DNA from: Octopus sinensis
Taxonomy: Eukaryota
DNA length: 64,000 nt
NCBI RefSeq assembly: GCF_006345805.1
Contig: NC_043005.1
Location: forward strand, 97,960,001-98,024,000
Reading direction: 5' to 3'
Part shown: positions 38,083 to 49,851 of the stretch, piece by piece
Layout of the letters: each line of letters starts with the position of its first letter
Numbering within the stretch: the stretch's first letter is position 1
Program-made: the position numbers and the translations under genes
Notes under the pieces: model-generated
What the model was told of the DNA's origin: nothing
The model's input: the letters and a program-made list of their open reading frames with translations, nothing else
The model's database searches: none

Positions 38083-38870
38083 CGGTTATATTTGTAGAAA
38101 ATAGAAATAAGCGGTCTTTGACTGCTAATTCTAATTTTTATCGGTATGTGGTTAAGCAACCTGTTGCTTACTCTTTTTATTTATATATATATATATAGAA
38201 CCTTTTGAAAAGGTTCCTATCGATAATGGTTATATTTCCATAGCGAAATCTCCTCGGAAATAATTGTTGATTTTAAAATTAATAATTATTTACCCTTATA
38301 TTATTAATAATGGAATTTTTCACTCCCTTACAACAATCCATAGTTCTATTCACGGGGAACTATTTTTGTGATGCACATGGTAAAATTCATTCGTCTATAT
38401 GGATTTGGCCTGTGTTGATTATCTCCTGCTATCTCCGATGGCATGAGGTCGGGGAGCAAGAAGTATGTAAATTAACTTTTGCAAATCTATCTAATGGAAT
38501 ATTATGCTGAAGATGGGAATAGATTTGTTTATAATTCTGACCCGGAAACACGCCCGTAACTAACCGAAGACTTTGTTTTCATTATTTTTCATCTTGTTTT
38601 ACATATGTGAGTTACGTGTATGTGTTATATGTGGAGTTATATTTGTAGAAAATAGAAATAAGTAGTCGTTGACTACTATTTCTAATTTTTCGGTATGTGG
38701 CTAAGCAGCCTGTTGCTTGCCCTTTTTATTTATATATATATATATATTATAGAACCTTTTGAAAAGGTTCCTACGACTAATGGTTATATTTCCATACCGA
38801 AATCTACCCAGAAATAATTGTTGATTTTAAAATCAATAATTATTTACCCTTATATATTATTTATATATAT
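38083..38870. repeat. ~230-bp hairpin-rich direct repeat (about 38083-38305 and 38636-38865) interleaved with a 39-bp inverted repeat (38050-38088 / 38561-38599)
   Basis: Direct alignment by eye, roughly 85% identity. Confidence 0.9.
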
Positions 38871-39007
38871 ATATATATAATAATTAATAAGGGTGAGAGG
38901 ATTAGATACTAATTTAATAGTATATCTATTCAACACCAAGTGGCCTAGTGCTCCGAGAAACCTGGATTATTATAATATTTTATAATATATTATAATATTT
39001 TTACAAA

Positions 39008-39207
39008 ATAAATATAAGAGAGTGGTCACTATATGGCTCACTCTAGCACAAGTTAATCCAAAAGGTTTCAACCACAAAGATACATGTTTCCCATGAAAGT
39101 CAGAGCTAACAATCGTACTGACTTTCATGGGAAACATTATCTTTGTGGTTGAAACCTTTGGATTAACTGGTGCTAGAGTGAGCCAATAGTGACCACTCTC
39201 TTATATT

Positions 39208-39210
<3 letters not shown>
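39008..39210. mobile_element. Palindromic fold-back element (MITE-like) with ~95-bp arms and a 14-nt loop
   Basis: 39008-39103 is the reverse complement of 39118-39210 with about 4 differences; TA-rich flanks. Confidence 0.85.
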
Positions 39211-39255
<45 letters not shown>

Positions 39256-39286
39256 TAATATATATATATATTATATATATATATAT

Positions 39287-39333
<47 letters not shown>

Positions 39334-39371
39334 TATATATATATATATTAATATATTATATATATTATATA

Positions 39372-39777
39372 GGCGCAGGAGTGGCTGTGTGGTAAGTAGC
39401 TTGCTGACCAACCACATGGTCCCAGGTTCAGTCCCACTGTGTGGCATCTTGGGCAAGTGTCTTCTGCTATAGCCCCAGGTCGACCAATGCCTTGTGAGTG
39501 GATTTGGTAGATGGAAACTGAAAGAAGCCTGTTGTATATATGTATATATATGTGTGTGTGTATGTGTTTGTGTGTCTGTGTTTGTCCCCCTAGCATTGCT
39601 TGACAACCAATGCTGGTGTGTTTACGTCCCCTGTCACTTAGCGGTTCGGCAAAAGAGACCGATAGAATAAGTACTAGACTTACAAAGAATAAGTCCCGGG
39701 GTCGATTTGGTCGACTAAAGGCGGTGCTCCAGCATGGCCACAGTCAAATGACTGAAAGACATAAAAGAGTAAAGAGT
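39372..39777 (+). mobile_element. Family-1 SINE, full length (tRNA head, CORE-like middle, internal microsatellite, LINE-like tail)
   Basis: GGCTGTGTGGTAAG A-box-like and GGTTCAGTCC B-box-like motifs; CATCTTGGGCAAGTGTCTT CORE-like segment; tail GGCGGTGCTCCAGCATGGCC. Confidence 0.9.
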
Positions 39778-39784
39778 ATATATA

Positions 39785-40328
39785 TCATCATCATCAATCA
39801 TCGTTTAACGTCCGTTTTCCGCGCTAGCACGGGTTGGACGGTTTCGACCGGGGTCTGGGGAGCTAGGGACTGCCCCAGGCTCCAGTCTAGTCTGGCAGTG
39901 TTTCTACAGCTGGATGCCCTTCCTAACGCCAACCACTCCGCGAGTGTAGTGGGTGTTTTTTACGTGCCACCTGCACAGGTGCCAGAGGGGTCTGGCATCG
40001 GCCACGTTCGGATGGTGCTTTTTATGTGGGGGGGGGGTGCAGAAATATAGGGGAGCACCAGTGGGGAGGGGTGGTTCAGAGAAATGATGGCAGGTTCTAG
40101 GCAAGTAGAACGTAGGATATCAAGAGAGGGGTAATGCATGGTGAAATAGCGTATTGAAGAGGGGTTCGAAGAGTTGACACCTATAATGGTGGTGGGAGAA
40201 GCGACATCCGGTATAGATGGAGCAAAAATATAGAGATATCCGGTATTGGTGGTGGGCTTGGTGGTGGGGGTGGGGGTGGGCTTGGGGGGGGTGGTGGTGG
40301 GGGTGGGTTGGAGGTTGCACCGCGAATA
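39785..40328 (-). mobile_element. Putative bipartite non-autonomous RTE derivative (5'UTR-like part plus 3' tail), copy 1
   Basis: RTE tail 39785-40025 is fused to a G-rich block that begins (minus) ATTCGCGGTGC, like the start of the LINE at 52576. Confidence 0.6.
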
Positions 40329-40761
40329 CACGATGGTTGATTATAGTCGAGAGGAGAAATGGATAAATTAGTTAAATAATTAGATAGATAGAAAAATTAG
40401 ATAAAAATAGTTAGATAGATAAGAAAGCATGTATGATCGATCGAGAAGTGAAAATAAATAAGCATTCAAACTTATCTGCGCTCGGGTGCTAGATGAATGA
40501 ATGAGAGAGCAATGTTGGGGCTGCCTTTTTAAGTAAAAATTGTCCGGAAGAGGAATTTTTGGACAAGGCGGAAGTGTATTAAAGGAACAGGCTTCAAGAT
40601 GGCGGATTATAGTCGAGAGGAGAAATGATAAATTAGTTAAATAATTAGATAGATAGAAAAATTAGGTAAAAATAGTTAGATAGATAAGAAAGCATGTATG
40701 ATCGATCGAGAAGTGAAAATAAATAAGCATTCAAACTTATCTGCGCTCGGGTGCTAGATGA

Positions 40762-41356
40762 CAATCACTCCGCGAGTGGAGTGGGTACTTTTTACGTGCC
40801 ACCTGCACAGGTGCCAGGGTGGGTCTGGCATTGATCACGATCGGTTCGAGCTTTTAACGTGCCAGCGGCACGGAAGCCAGCCAGGGCGGCGCTGGCATCG
40901 GATACGTTCGGATGGTGCTTTTTGGGGTGCAGGTAATATAGGGAAGCACCAGTGGGGAGGGTTGGGGTGAGGAACGATGACAGCTAGGGTTGATGCAGGT
41001 TCGTAGGAAATAAAACGTAGGACTTCACGAGTGGGGGAGGTGACTGGAAGGAGATAGCCGGTTGAGGCAGTGACAGATTCAAAAACAGGAGGAAACGTAG
41101 GATAGGTGGGGGGGGGTTGATGAGCTGCGGCGCTAGCTGCTTGTCTTGGTGGGGGGGTAACACACAGTGAAAGCATGTGAGGAGGAGGGGTAGGAGGGAG
41201 AGACACACATAATGGTGGTGAGGGAGTGCATATCCGGTGTAGATGGTGTGAACGGTGAGAACAGTGTTCACCGGTATTGGTGGTGGGGGTGGGAAAGGGC
41301 GGGCGTGTTCACCGGTATTGGTGGTGGGGGTGGGAAAGGGCGGGCGCACCGCGAAT
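40762..41356 (-). mobile_element. Putative bipartite non-autonomous RTE derivative, copy 2 (tail end missing)
   Basis: Same tail/G-block junction (CGGATGGTGCTTTT...GGGGTGCAG..AATATAGGG.AGCACCAGTGGGGAGGG) and the same GCACCGCGAAT terminus. Confidence 0.6.
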
Positions 41357-41552
41357 GGGGAAGATCGAATTGAAAAGGAAAGCAAAGCAGATTGGTGTTT
41401 ATAAGTTCAAAACATTTAAACGGTAGACAAATGTATGTATGTATGTATGAAAAAGAAGGGAGAAAATCTTCTTAGCTTGCTTATGGACATCGCTGTAAGT
41501 CGGAGAAGAAATGATAGTGAATGGTGTAGATCGAATTAAAGGATTGAAGGTT

Positions 41553-41590
<38 letters not shown>

Positions 41591-41650
41591 GTGTGTGTGT
41601 GTGTGGTGTGTGTGTGTATGCATGTATATGTATATATTATATATATGTGT

Positions 41651-41708
<58 letters not shown>

Positions 41709-41754
41709 ATATATATACATAATCCCGTGGCCTATACCTGGGATGTAGCCAGCC

Positions 41755-42255
41755 CACTTATGCTTTCCTTTCCTTCTTGGAACACAAAACTCCACTTGTG
41801 AAGACCTGTTGAGGCAAGTGAAAATCAAAATTGTAATCTGTCAACATCAATGGAATTTGTAGCTGTGATACCAGTGGCGGTGGCACGTAAGAGAACCATC
41901 CGAACGTGGCCGTAGCCAGTGCCGCCCGACTGGCATCTGTGCCAGTGGCATGTAAAAAGCACCCTCCGACCATGGCTGTTGCCAGCTTCGTCTGGTCCCC
42001 GTGCCAGTGGCACGTAAAAAGCACCATCCGATCGTGGCCGTTTGCCAGCCTCGTGTGGCACCTGTGCCGGTGGCATGTAAAAAGCACCCACTACACTCAC
42101 GGAGTGGTTGGCGTTAGGAAGGGCGTCCAGCTGTAGAAACATTGCCAGATCAGACTGGGCCTGGTGCAGCCTTCTGGCTTCCCAGACCCCAGTTGAACCG
42201 TCCAACCCATGCCAGCATGGAAAACGGACATTAAACGATGATGATGATGATGATA
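41755..42255 (+). mobile_element. RTE 3'UTR/tail copy with about 4 repeat units
   Basis: Collinear with 290-760 (reverse complement) and 54330-55030. Confidence 0.92.
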
Positions 42256-42284
42256 AATATATATATGTATAAATATATGTATGC

Positions 42285-42328
<44 letters not shown>

Positions 42329-42553
42329 ATATATATCTGTACATGTGTACATATTACATATACATCTATATATATACTTATATATACATATGTATATACA
42401 TATATAAATATATAAATCTATATATATATATATACATGTATATATATATGGCCTTCGGGCTACAACATTTTTAAGGATTTAAGGCTATATATATATACAT
42501 ATGTATATACATATATAAATATATAAATCTATATATATATATATATAATATAT

Positions 42554-42604
<51 letters not shown>

Positions 42605-42725
42605 GTATGTGCAGATGTATTCATATATATAGATATACATAATATATATATGTATTATATTTGTGTACGTATGTATGTATGTATGTATGTATGAATGTAT
42701 GTATGAATGTATGTATGTATGTATC
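42255..42725. repeat. (TA)n/(TATG)n microsatellite
   Basis: Direct periodicity. Confidence 0.9.
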
Positions 42726-44164
42726 AGTGTCAGTTTTGGCATACCTTCTATGTCTGGATGCCCTTCTTAACACCACAGTAAATTCTGTGAAATGTCTGCA
42801 TTGTAAGTAGGGCTACCCACTTTGACCTGCTTGTTGGCTCAGTTTACATTAATTTATAGAGAAAAGAAACATAATGCGATGGTTTCCCAGTCAATTTTAC
42901 ATAAAGGTGAAATATCTAAATAGTATGTCAATACTGGAGTCAGTTTAATATTCTTTGAAAGCATCTTAGATATCAATGGAATATAATAGAAGGCTAATGC
43001 TATATAGGAGTTAAAACAAAACTTTCTAAGTTCACATTATATAATACTGCAAAACAGAATCGTGCATGTTTCAAAAGTTCTGAATGTTACACATTTTTCT
43101 AAGTCTATTTCTGATGTGTCAGCAAAAATAGCAAAATTCTTTCATCACCTCGTTAATTTAATTATGTTACTAAATTAGTCAATTCATTTGGTGCCATTGA
43201 ATGGTAACTCTTTTGTGAATCAGATATTTAGCACAATTGATTCTGTAAAAATTTATTACATTTCTTGTAGGTGTGGAAGGGACAGACATACTGTGGGGTC
43301 CATAAAGATTGAAAAGAGAGCAGATAAATTGCTGTATTTAGTAAAGTTAGATGCTTTTAAACTTTTAATTTTGTCCAATATTGTGGCAAAGAAAGAAAAT
43401 GATATATATGCAAACGTGACCTTGTCTTCTAATTAATAAAGAGGAGGAAATTTTTCGTTAATGTTTTATGAGGGAGGACTAATTATTGCCAGTTTTAGAA
43501 CGACTATTTGATTAATTATTTACATATACTGATAACCTTAATTTTGGTTAATACATATTTTTTCTGATTTAAAAAAATTTTGAAATATATCATAAAAGTG
43601 AACATTTATTTGGGAATCAAATATATTCAAGCTAGCTTTTACAATTGTGTTCGCAACTTCTAAATCTCTAGATGAATATACAAGTTGATTTCCCTATAAA
43701 AGGATGGGAGAAAGTATGAAAACTATTCCATGTGCATGCACCATGAGCCTCAAGACAAAATGATACTCGCAGTCAAATGCATTATAAAAACATTGACAAG
43801 ATCCATTTTGCACATGTTAGCCCCTTGTCAGGTAACTCAAGTTGCTGGTGACTTATCTGTAAGTTTGTGTAAGATTTTGGTAATACATTTAAATAAGGCT
43901 TCCTGAGATAAAGCACCCTATACCACAACAGCGCTACAGGATCAAAACAACTGGGAGGTTTTGATAAAGGATCTGGACAAATATTTTCTGAATTCATTAT
44001 ATTTACTATTTTCATGGCATAAAAGTCTTTTAGAAAATTAATAAATCATTGATTGTATGTAGCTTTTCCTTTTATTTCCTAAAATACTAACAAAAATGTA
44101 AAACCCCAAACACATCGTATTACTAAAATAATTCAAAACGAGTTAGATAATCATGAAATTACTC

Positions 44165-44400
44165 AGCTACATCATCATCATCATTTTAATGTCCACTTTT
44201 TCGTGTTTGCATTGGTTGGCAGGAGGCAGATTTTCTATGGTTGGATACTCACCTTTCACCAAGTAAGGTATTATTTCTCCATGACCAGACATACTTTCAC
44301 AGAAGATTGGCAACAAAAGAGATTGTTTGCATGATGGTAACACTCACTTACAACTTGTCTCATGCTGTCAAGCCAAGGAGACAGTAACTCACTCTTGCAC
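44165..44400 (-). mobile_element. Second (GAT)n-tailed retroelement tail family
   Basis: CATCATCATTTTAATGTCCACTTTT..GCA..GG...GAGGCAGATTTTCTA is the reverse complement of 55255-55335. Confidence 0.6.
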
Positions 44401-44473
44401 AGGCACACACACAAACACACACACACACACGCATGCACACACACACACACACATGCATGCAGCTTTATTTTTA

Positions 44474-44505
<32 letters not shown>

Positions 44506-44509
44506 CAAC

Positions 44510-44790
44510 ATCAACATCAAAAAGTCAAATGGAAATTGTAGTTGTGATACTTGTGCCGGTGGCACGTAAAAAGCACCATCCATACATGGCTTCCCAGACC
44601 CTGGTTGAACCGTCCAACCCATGCTAGCATGGAAAGCGGATGTTAAACGATGATGATGATGATGATATGCATACAAGACAGCCTGCTTTTGAGTTTCCAT
44701 CTGCCAAACCCTCTCACAAGCTTTGGGGCTGCAGTAGAAAGCCCTTTCCCAAGACGTCATACAGGCAGAAGGAACCTGAAAACATGTCTG
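44510..44790. mobile_element. Internally deleted RTE tail (+, 44510-44667) abutting a family-1 SINE fragment (-, 44668-44790)
   Basis: Consensus matches to both families. Confidence 0.75.
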
Positions 44791-45489
44791 AGAAGCAAAC
44801 ATCTTGCCACACAAACAATACATGTGTCTATGAGAACATTTTCTACTGGCAGAAGGATTAGGGATCTAGATACATAAAGATGGTGCGATTGGCTGAGTCA
44901 CATGGAAAAACAGATGTAAAACTGAATACAAGGGGTAACATTAAATAAGAACTGTACAAGTGTACAGTTTCAAAACCGATCCACTCTTCAAAGCATTAAA
45001 ATTTTTTTTTTTATATTTGATTTTCTATGTATGCCAAAGACATCTGAAAGTAATTTAATGCAATAAATGTATTGTAGAACTTTTTCTTAATAAAATATTT
45101 TGCTTGTAATTTATCACTTTGCTTTGCTACAAAATACCTATTAAAAATTATTTCCTCTTTTCTCCTTCAAAAATAAATAAAAAATAGGATTACTATAACA
45201 TTTACACCAAATGTCTATATTTTGTTTTTCCTTCAAAATCTTTATAGATATATCTTCATATATCTTTACTAGCTCCAAGACTCTTGGAACCATTTTGTTT
45301 TGCTACCATTCCTTAAAATGTTTCAAGGCAAAGTAAAAAAACCCAAAATAAACAAAACAATAAATGAGAGAGAGAAGTGAAAAGAATGAAAATATAAATA
45401 AATGAAAAATAAGAATTCCTCAACAATGTATTTTACCATAATTATTTTATAACCCTTCAATTTTCTTGCAGATTATCTTTCTGCAAACA

Positions 45490-45690
45490 TATATCATCAG
45501 CATCATCATCACCACTGCTGCCGCTGCCACCGCTGCCACCGCTGCCACCGCCGCCGCCGCTGCCACCATCACTACTGCTTCCACCACAACTGCTGCCACT
45601 GCCATCCCTGCAGCCACCACCACCACCACAACCACCACCACCACCATCGATATTGTTATTATCATTACTATCATTGTTGCTGTTGTTATT
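45490..45690. repeat. GC-rich compound trinucleotide repeat (GCC/ACC/GCT)
   Basis: Direct periodicity; both strands give low-complexity Ala/Thr/Val ORFs. Confidence 0.85.
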
Positions 45691-46329
45691 GATTCATTGA
45701 TAATGTCAGCAATGATTAACATTAAAATCTCCTATAAATACCTCTATCTATCCACTAATTGCCTGCTATTTATACAGATCATTTACCTTCCTGTCAGTAG
45801 GACAATCTCTTCTTTCTTTTCTTCTTCTCTCCTCTTATTTCCTTTCACCTCTTTTACTCTATCACATTTAAAAATAAAACTCTCGACTTATTCCTTTTCC
45901 ATCTTCTAATTATTTCCATTTTTTTTTTCATTCTTTCCTTCTTCATTCTTCATTTTCTTATCTTTTCGTCTTCACTATCGTCTTTCTTTGACTTTTGCAT
46001 CTTTGTCTTCTCTGTTTTATCATTTTCTGCTGCATCTCCATTTTTTTGGTCTGTTGTCTTCATTGCTTCTTATCTCTCTCTATATATGTATATATTTATA
46101 TATATATATATGTGTGTGTGGTGTGTTTTGTGTGTGTGCGTAAAATTACGATCATATAGGGTAATGGTTAAGAGTGCAGGCTACTAACACCAGATTGTGA
46201 GTTCAATTCCAGGCAATGCCTTGAATAAATAATGATAATAATAATAATAATCATAATAATAATAATAATAATAATAATAACAGCAGCAAAAAAATACGTT
46301 AGGAATGAGAACCCAGGTTTGGGTTTTTA

Positions 46330-47850
46330 CTTGCCACTAATTCTCTAAAGAATGCCATGGTTGAGGTTCCACCAAATCCATTGCCCAACTGACAGAAGGC
46401 TGTAAGTATCTGATGACACACTGGTTACTAGGCGCTCTAAGTCAGTCTATGTTTGACCCAAGATTGCAACTCTTCCAATGAGATTGAGTTATGGAAAAGT
46501 GAGCTTGGAAACTGGTAACCACACCTCCTCACCAACTGGGAATGTTGTAACCTCAGTGCATGTCTGAACATCAATAACCACAAAATAACCTAACTCACCA
46601 CACTTTGGATGTTACCAGCAAATGAACTAAGTGGTCGGCAAAACCTGTCCCCTCCACAGAAAGTGGAAGAGCAAGCATTCCACACTGGTCAGCCATGAAG
46701 CACAGTAAGGCATTACAGTCAGGTGGTAGTAGATATGGATGCAATGTTAGTGTTTTCCTCTTTTGCCCCACCCTTCAGATGGCTTCCTTTTGTTTCATTT
46801 CTAGGCAAGACAGACCACCCTGCTCATTACAACACTCCAGTCCTTGTCTTCTTGTCTATCTGGAAGTTTCAACCAAACCAGACCCTGACCAGTCTGTCTC
46901 TCCAGCATCCCTTAAGTTGCTGTTGGATAGCATGGATCTTTCTCATCAGGTGCATAGCTTCAGGCCCACTGGCTTTTTCTGGGTTAATATTTACTTCTGT
47001 CACAATTCTGTACTTCCTTATAGCAGTGCCAATCACCTCAGCATGTTTGGAGCATGGCACTATGATAGTGATGCCATGTGAATATGCTGACACAGCTTTC
47101 CTACATCCTAGTTCATGCAAAATTCCCCTTGAAACCTCTAACTTCTACAGTAGTGGCTTCAGCACCAGCACAAAGAGAAAGGGGGAAAGAGGTCAGCCTT
47201 GATGGACTGGACCCATGATACTGAAGGGTTCTGATAGATGGCCATTTACTTTGATCATCAAGCAGATGTTGCTGTGCATTATAGCACTCCACCCTTTGAA
47301 GATGGGACCAAAATCAGCTGCTATGAGAATGGCTGCTAAGTATTGGTAGTCAGCTTTGTTGAAAACTTTTGTCTGATCTAAATTGATCAAGGTTCACTCA
47401 TACCATCTTCTGTACCAAGCCTTCCTCTGGTGCATCCCAGGAGGTTGAGGTTGTTGCGAATAGATTTACTTGGGATGATGCATGTTTGTGCATCACCTAC
47501 CAGAGTATTGATGATGAATGCTAATCTCCTGGGTAACACCTTGGCCAGAATATTCATTTCTGCATTTAGCAGAGTTATGGGCCTGAATTTATGAAAATCA
47601 TCTCCCTTTGTCTGGTATTCAGTACTGCCACCATGCTTCATTTTGCAGGACTGAAAATTCTTCCATTCTGCTGACAGTTGCAGTGGACATCTGTGTAAAG
47701 GCTTCAGAACAAGTCTGGCATATGAAGAAAAAGGTCATAGGGTAATCTGTCTATCTCCAATGTTTTCTCTCTCATGCAACCAGCCATTGGTTCCAATATT
47801 TCATCAGCAGTTACTCATCTTTCACAGAACTCTGTATCTCAGTAATTTAC
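46330..47850 (-). mobile_element. Decayed L1/Tx1-clade LINE RT region
   Basis: FRPITLLNAEMNILAKVL; LDQTKVFNKADYQYL (cf. LDQ.KAFDRV.H.YL); VNGHLSEPF...VHQG; VSAYSHGITI (decayed YADD); INPEKA. Confidence 0.85.
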
Positions 47851-47859
47851 TCTTACTTA

Positions 47860-48170
47860 TTTCATTTTGTTTGTTCCTTCTTGAGCCATGCCTGGCTCAT
47901 AAGGGCCAGTTTCCCAGTTTCTTTGGCATATAGGTTCCCCACCTCGATGGAATGCTTGCTGTCACAGGTGAGCTGCAAGATGCAGGAGGAAAGAGAGAGA
48001 GAAAGTTGTGGCGAAAGCATCAGCAGAAGTTCGCCATTACCTTCTACAGGAGCCACGTGGAGCTTAGGTGTTTCGCTCATAAACACACAAGTTGCCTAGT
48101 CTGAGATTCAAGCCTGCATCCCTCGACCGCGAGTCCGCTGCTTTAACCACTTGGCCATGTGCCTCCACAC
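47860..48170 (-). mobile_element. tRNA-headed SINE (further family)
   Basis: Head GGAGGCACATGGCCAAGTGGTTAAAGCAGCGGACTCGCGG...CTTGAATCTC; its tail GGAAACTGGCCCTTATGAGCC is shared with the 34930 element. Confidence 0.75.
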
Positions 48171-48570
48171 TTATTTCATTGACTCCACTTAAGAGCAAAT
48201 GACTGAAAAAATTCCAGCAGTATTTGAAACTCACCTCTAATTCTTTAAACCTTCAACTAACTTGAAGAATTTATTGTTTCATTTTTATTTTTTTCTTTCA
48301 TAATTCATGTCACCTATATTTCACTTGCCTATGTTTCCTTTACAAAAAAAAAAAACCCATAAATTAAAAATATTTTCAATTATTACAAAAAAGAGAAAAT
48401 TACTATGAAGTGTTGCTGCTTTCTATTTTTTTAACCTCTCTTCCCAATATATTCCCAGTCGATGATTTAAATTTGAAAACTGCTTTACATAATGCATTAA
48501 TAATTTGCTTCAGACCAAAATCACTTTATTCTTTCAAGACACATACATACATATCATAAATTCAGACATA

Positions 48571-48574
<4 letters not shown>

Positions 48575-48606
<32 letters not shown>

Positions 48607-48680
48607 TGTATGTATGTATGTATGTATGTATGTATGTATGTATGTGTTTATATATACATATACATACATACATATATATA

Positions 48681-48755
<75 letters not shown>
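48575..48755. repeat. (TATG)n/(TA)n microsatellite
   Basis: Direct periodicity. Confidence 0.9.
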
Positions 48756-48757
<2 letters not shown>

Positions 48758-49265
48758 TACGTATATAATATGGGTGTCTTGAAAGTAGATTTTTTCATAT
48801 ATTATTATGTTACAATATATAAAGAAAATGTAAGCAGATAAAACTAAAAGAAAATTTCAAAAAATCTGAACTAAACCTCATCAAAATAGGGAAAAATATA
48901 TATAAATACTGTTTATTGACAGAATTTTATTTAAAAAAAATGAAATTCTGATATTCTGAAACAAAAGCTGAAGCCTTCTACCATATAGTGAATGGTATGG
49001 AAGGGAAGAATTTTTTTTAAGACTATAATTTAAATTTTATATTAAACAGAATTTGTAAAATTAAGAAAAAAAGTTTTATATTGGGATAACATTTATGCCA
49101 TTTTATCTATATTGTCTATCATTCTGTTTCTTTTTAATTGTTTTTCATCTAGTTAGATAGTTTCCATAAATCTAGTTAGATAGTTTCCATAAATTGTTGA
49201 TAGCTTCATATCCAAATTGATTTCATATCTAGTTTTTGCTTATCTTCTTTTGATTAAAAAATTAC

Positions 49266-49324
49266 TCATACATACATACATACATACATACATACATACA
49301 TGCATACATACATACATACATACA

Positions 49325-49357
<33 letters not shown>

Positions 49358-49404
49358 GCATACATACATGCATGCATACATACATACATACATACATACA
49401 TGCA

Positions 49405-49437
<33 letters not shown>

Positions 49438-49820
49438 GCATACATACATGCATGCATACATACATACATACATGCATACATACATATATACATACATACA
49501 TACGTACGTACGTACGTACGTACGTACGTACATACATACATACATACATACATACGTACGTACGTACGTACATACATACATACATGCATGCATGCATGCA
49601 TACATACATACATACATACATACATACATACATACACATACATACATACATACATATATGCATACATACTTATGTACATGCTTACACACATGTTTGTACA
49701 TGTACACTTACACACAAATGCATATATACATGCACACACACACACCAAACACATAAATACATGCATACATACACACATATGCACACAGACATACATACAC
49801 ATACACATGCATACACATAC

Positions 49821-49845
<25 letters not shown>
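49266..49845. repeat. Large (TACA)n array with TACG and TGCA variant blocks
   Basis: Direct tetranucleotide periodicity; the HTYI/MYVC ORFs are artefacts. Confidence 0.95.

Positions 49846-49851
<6 letters not shown>

Noticed and set aside
43279-43330. Possible plus-strand exon VWKGQTYCGVHKD* (LIM/zinc-finger-like end)
   Set aside because: Only an acceptor and 13 codons; no partner exons found.
47860-48170. tRNA genes at SINE heads (here and at 9075, 34930, 39372)
   Set aside because: A/B-box-like motifs are present, but acceptor stems are incomplete and each head continues into a repeated SINE body.
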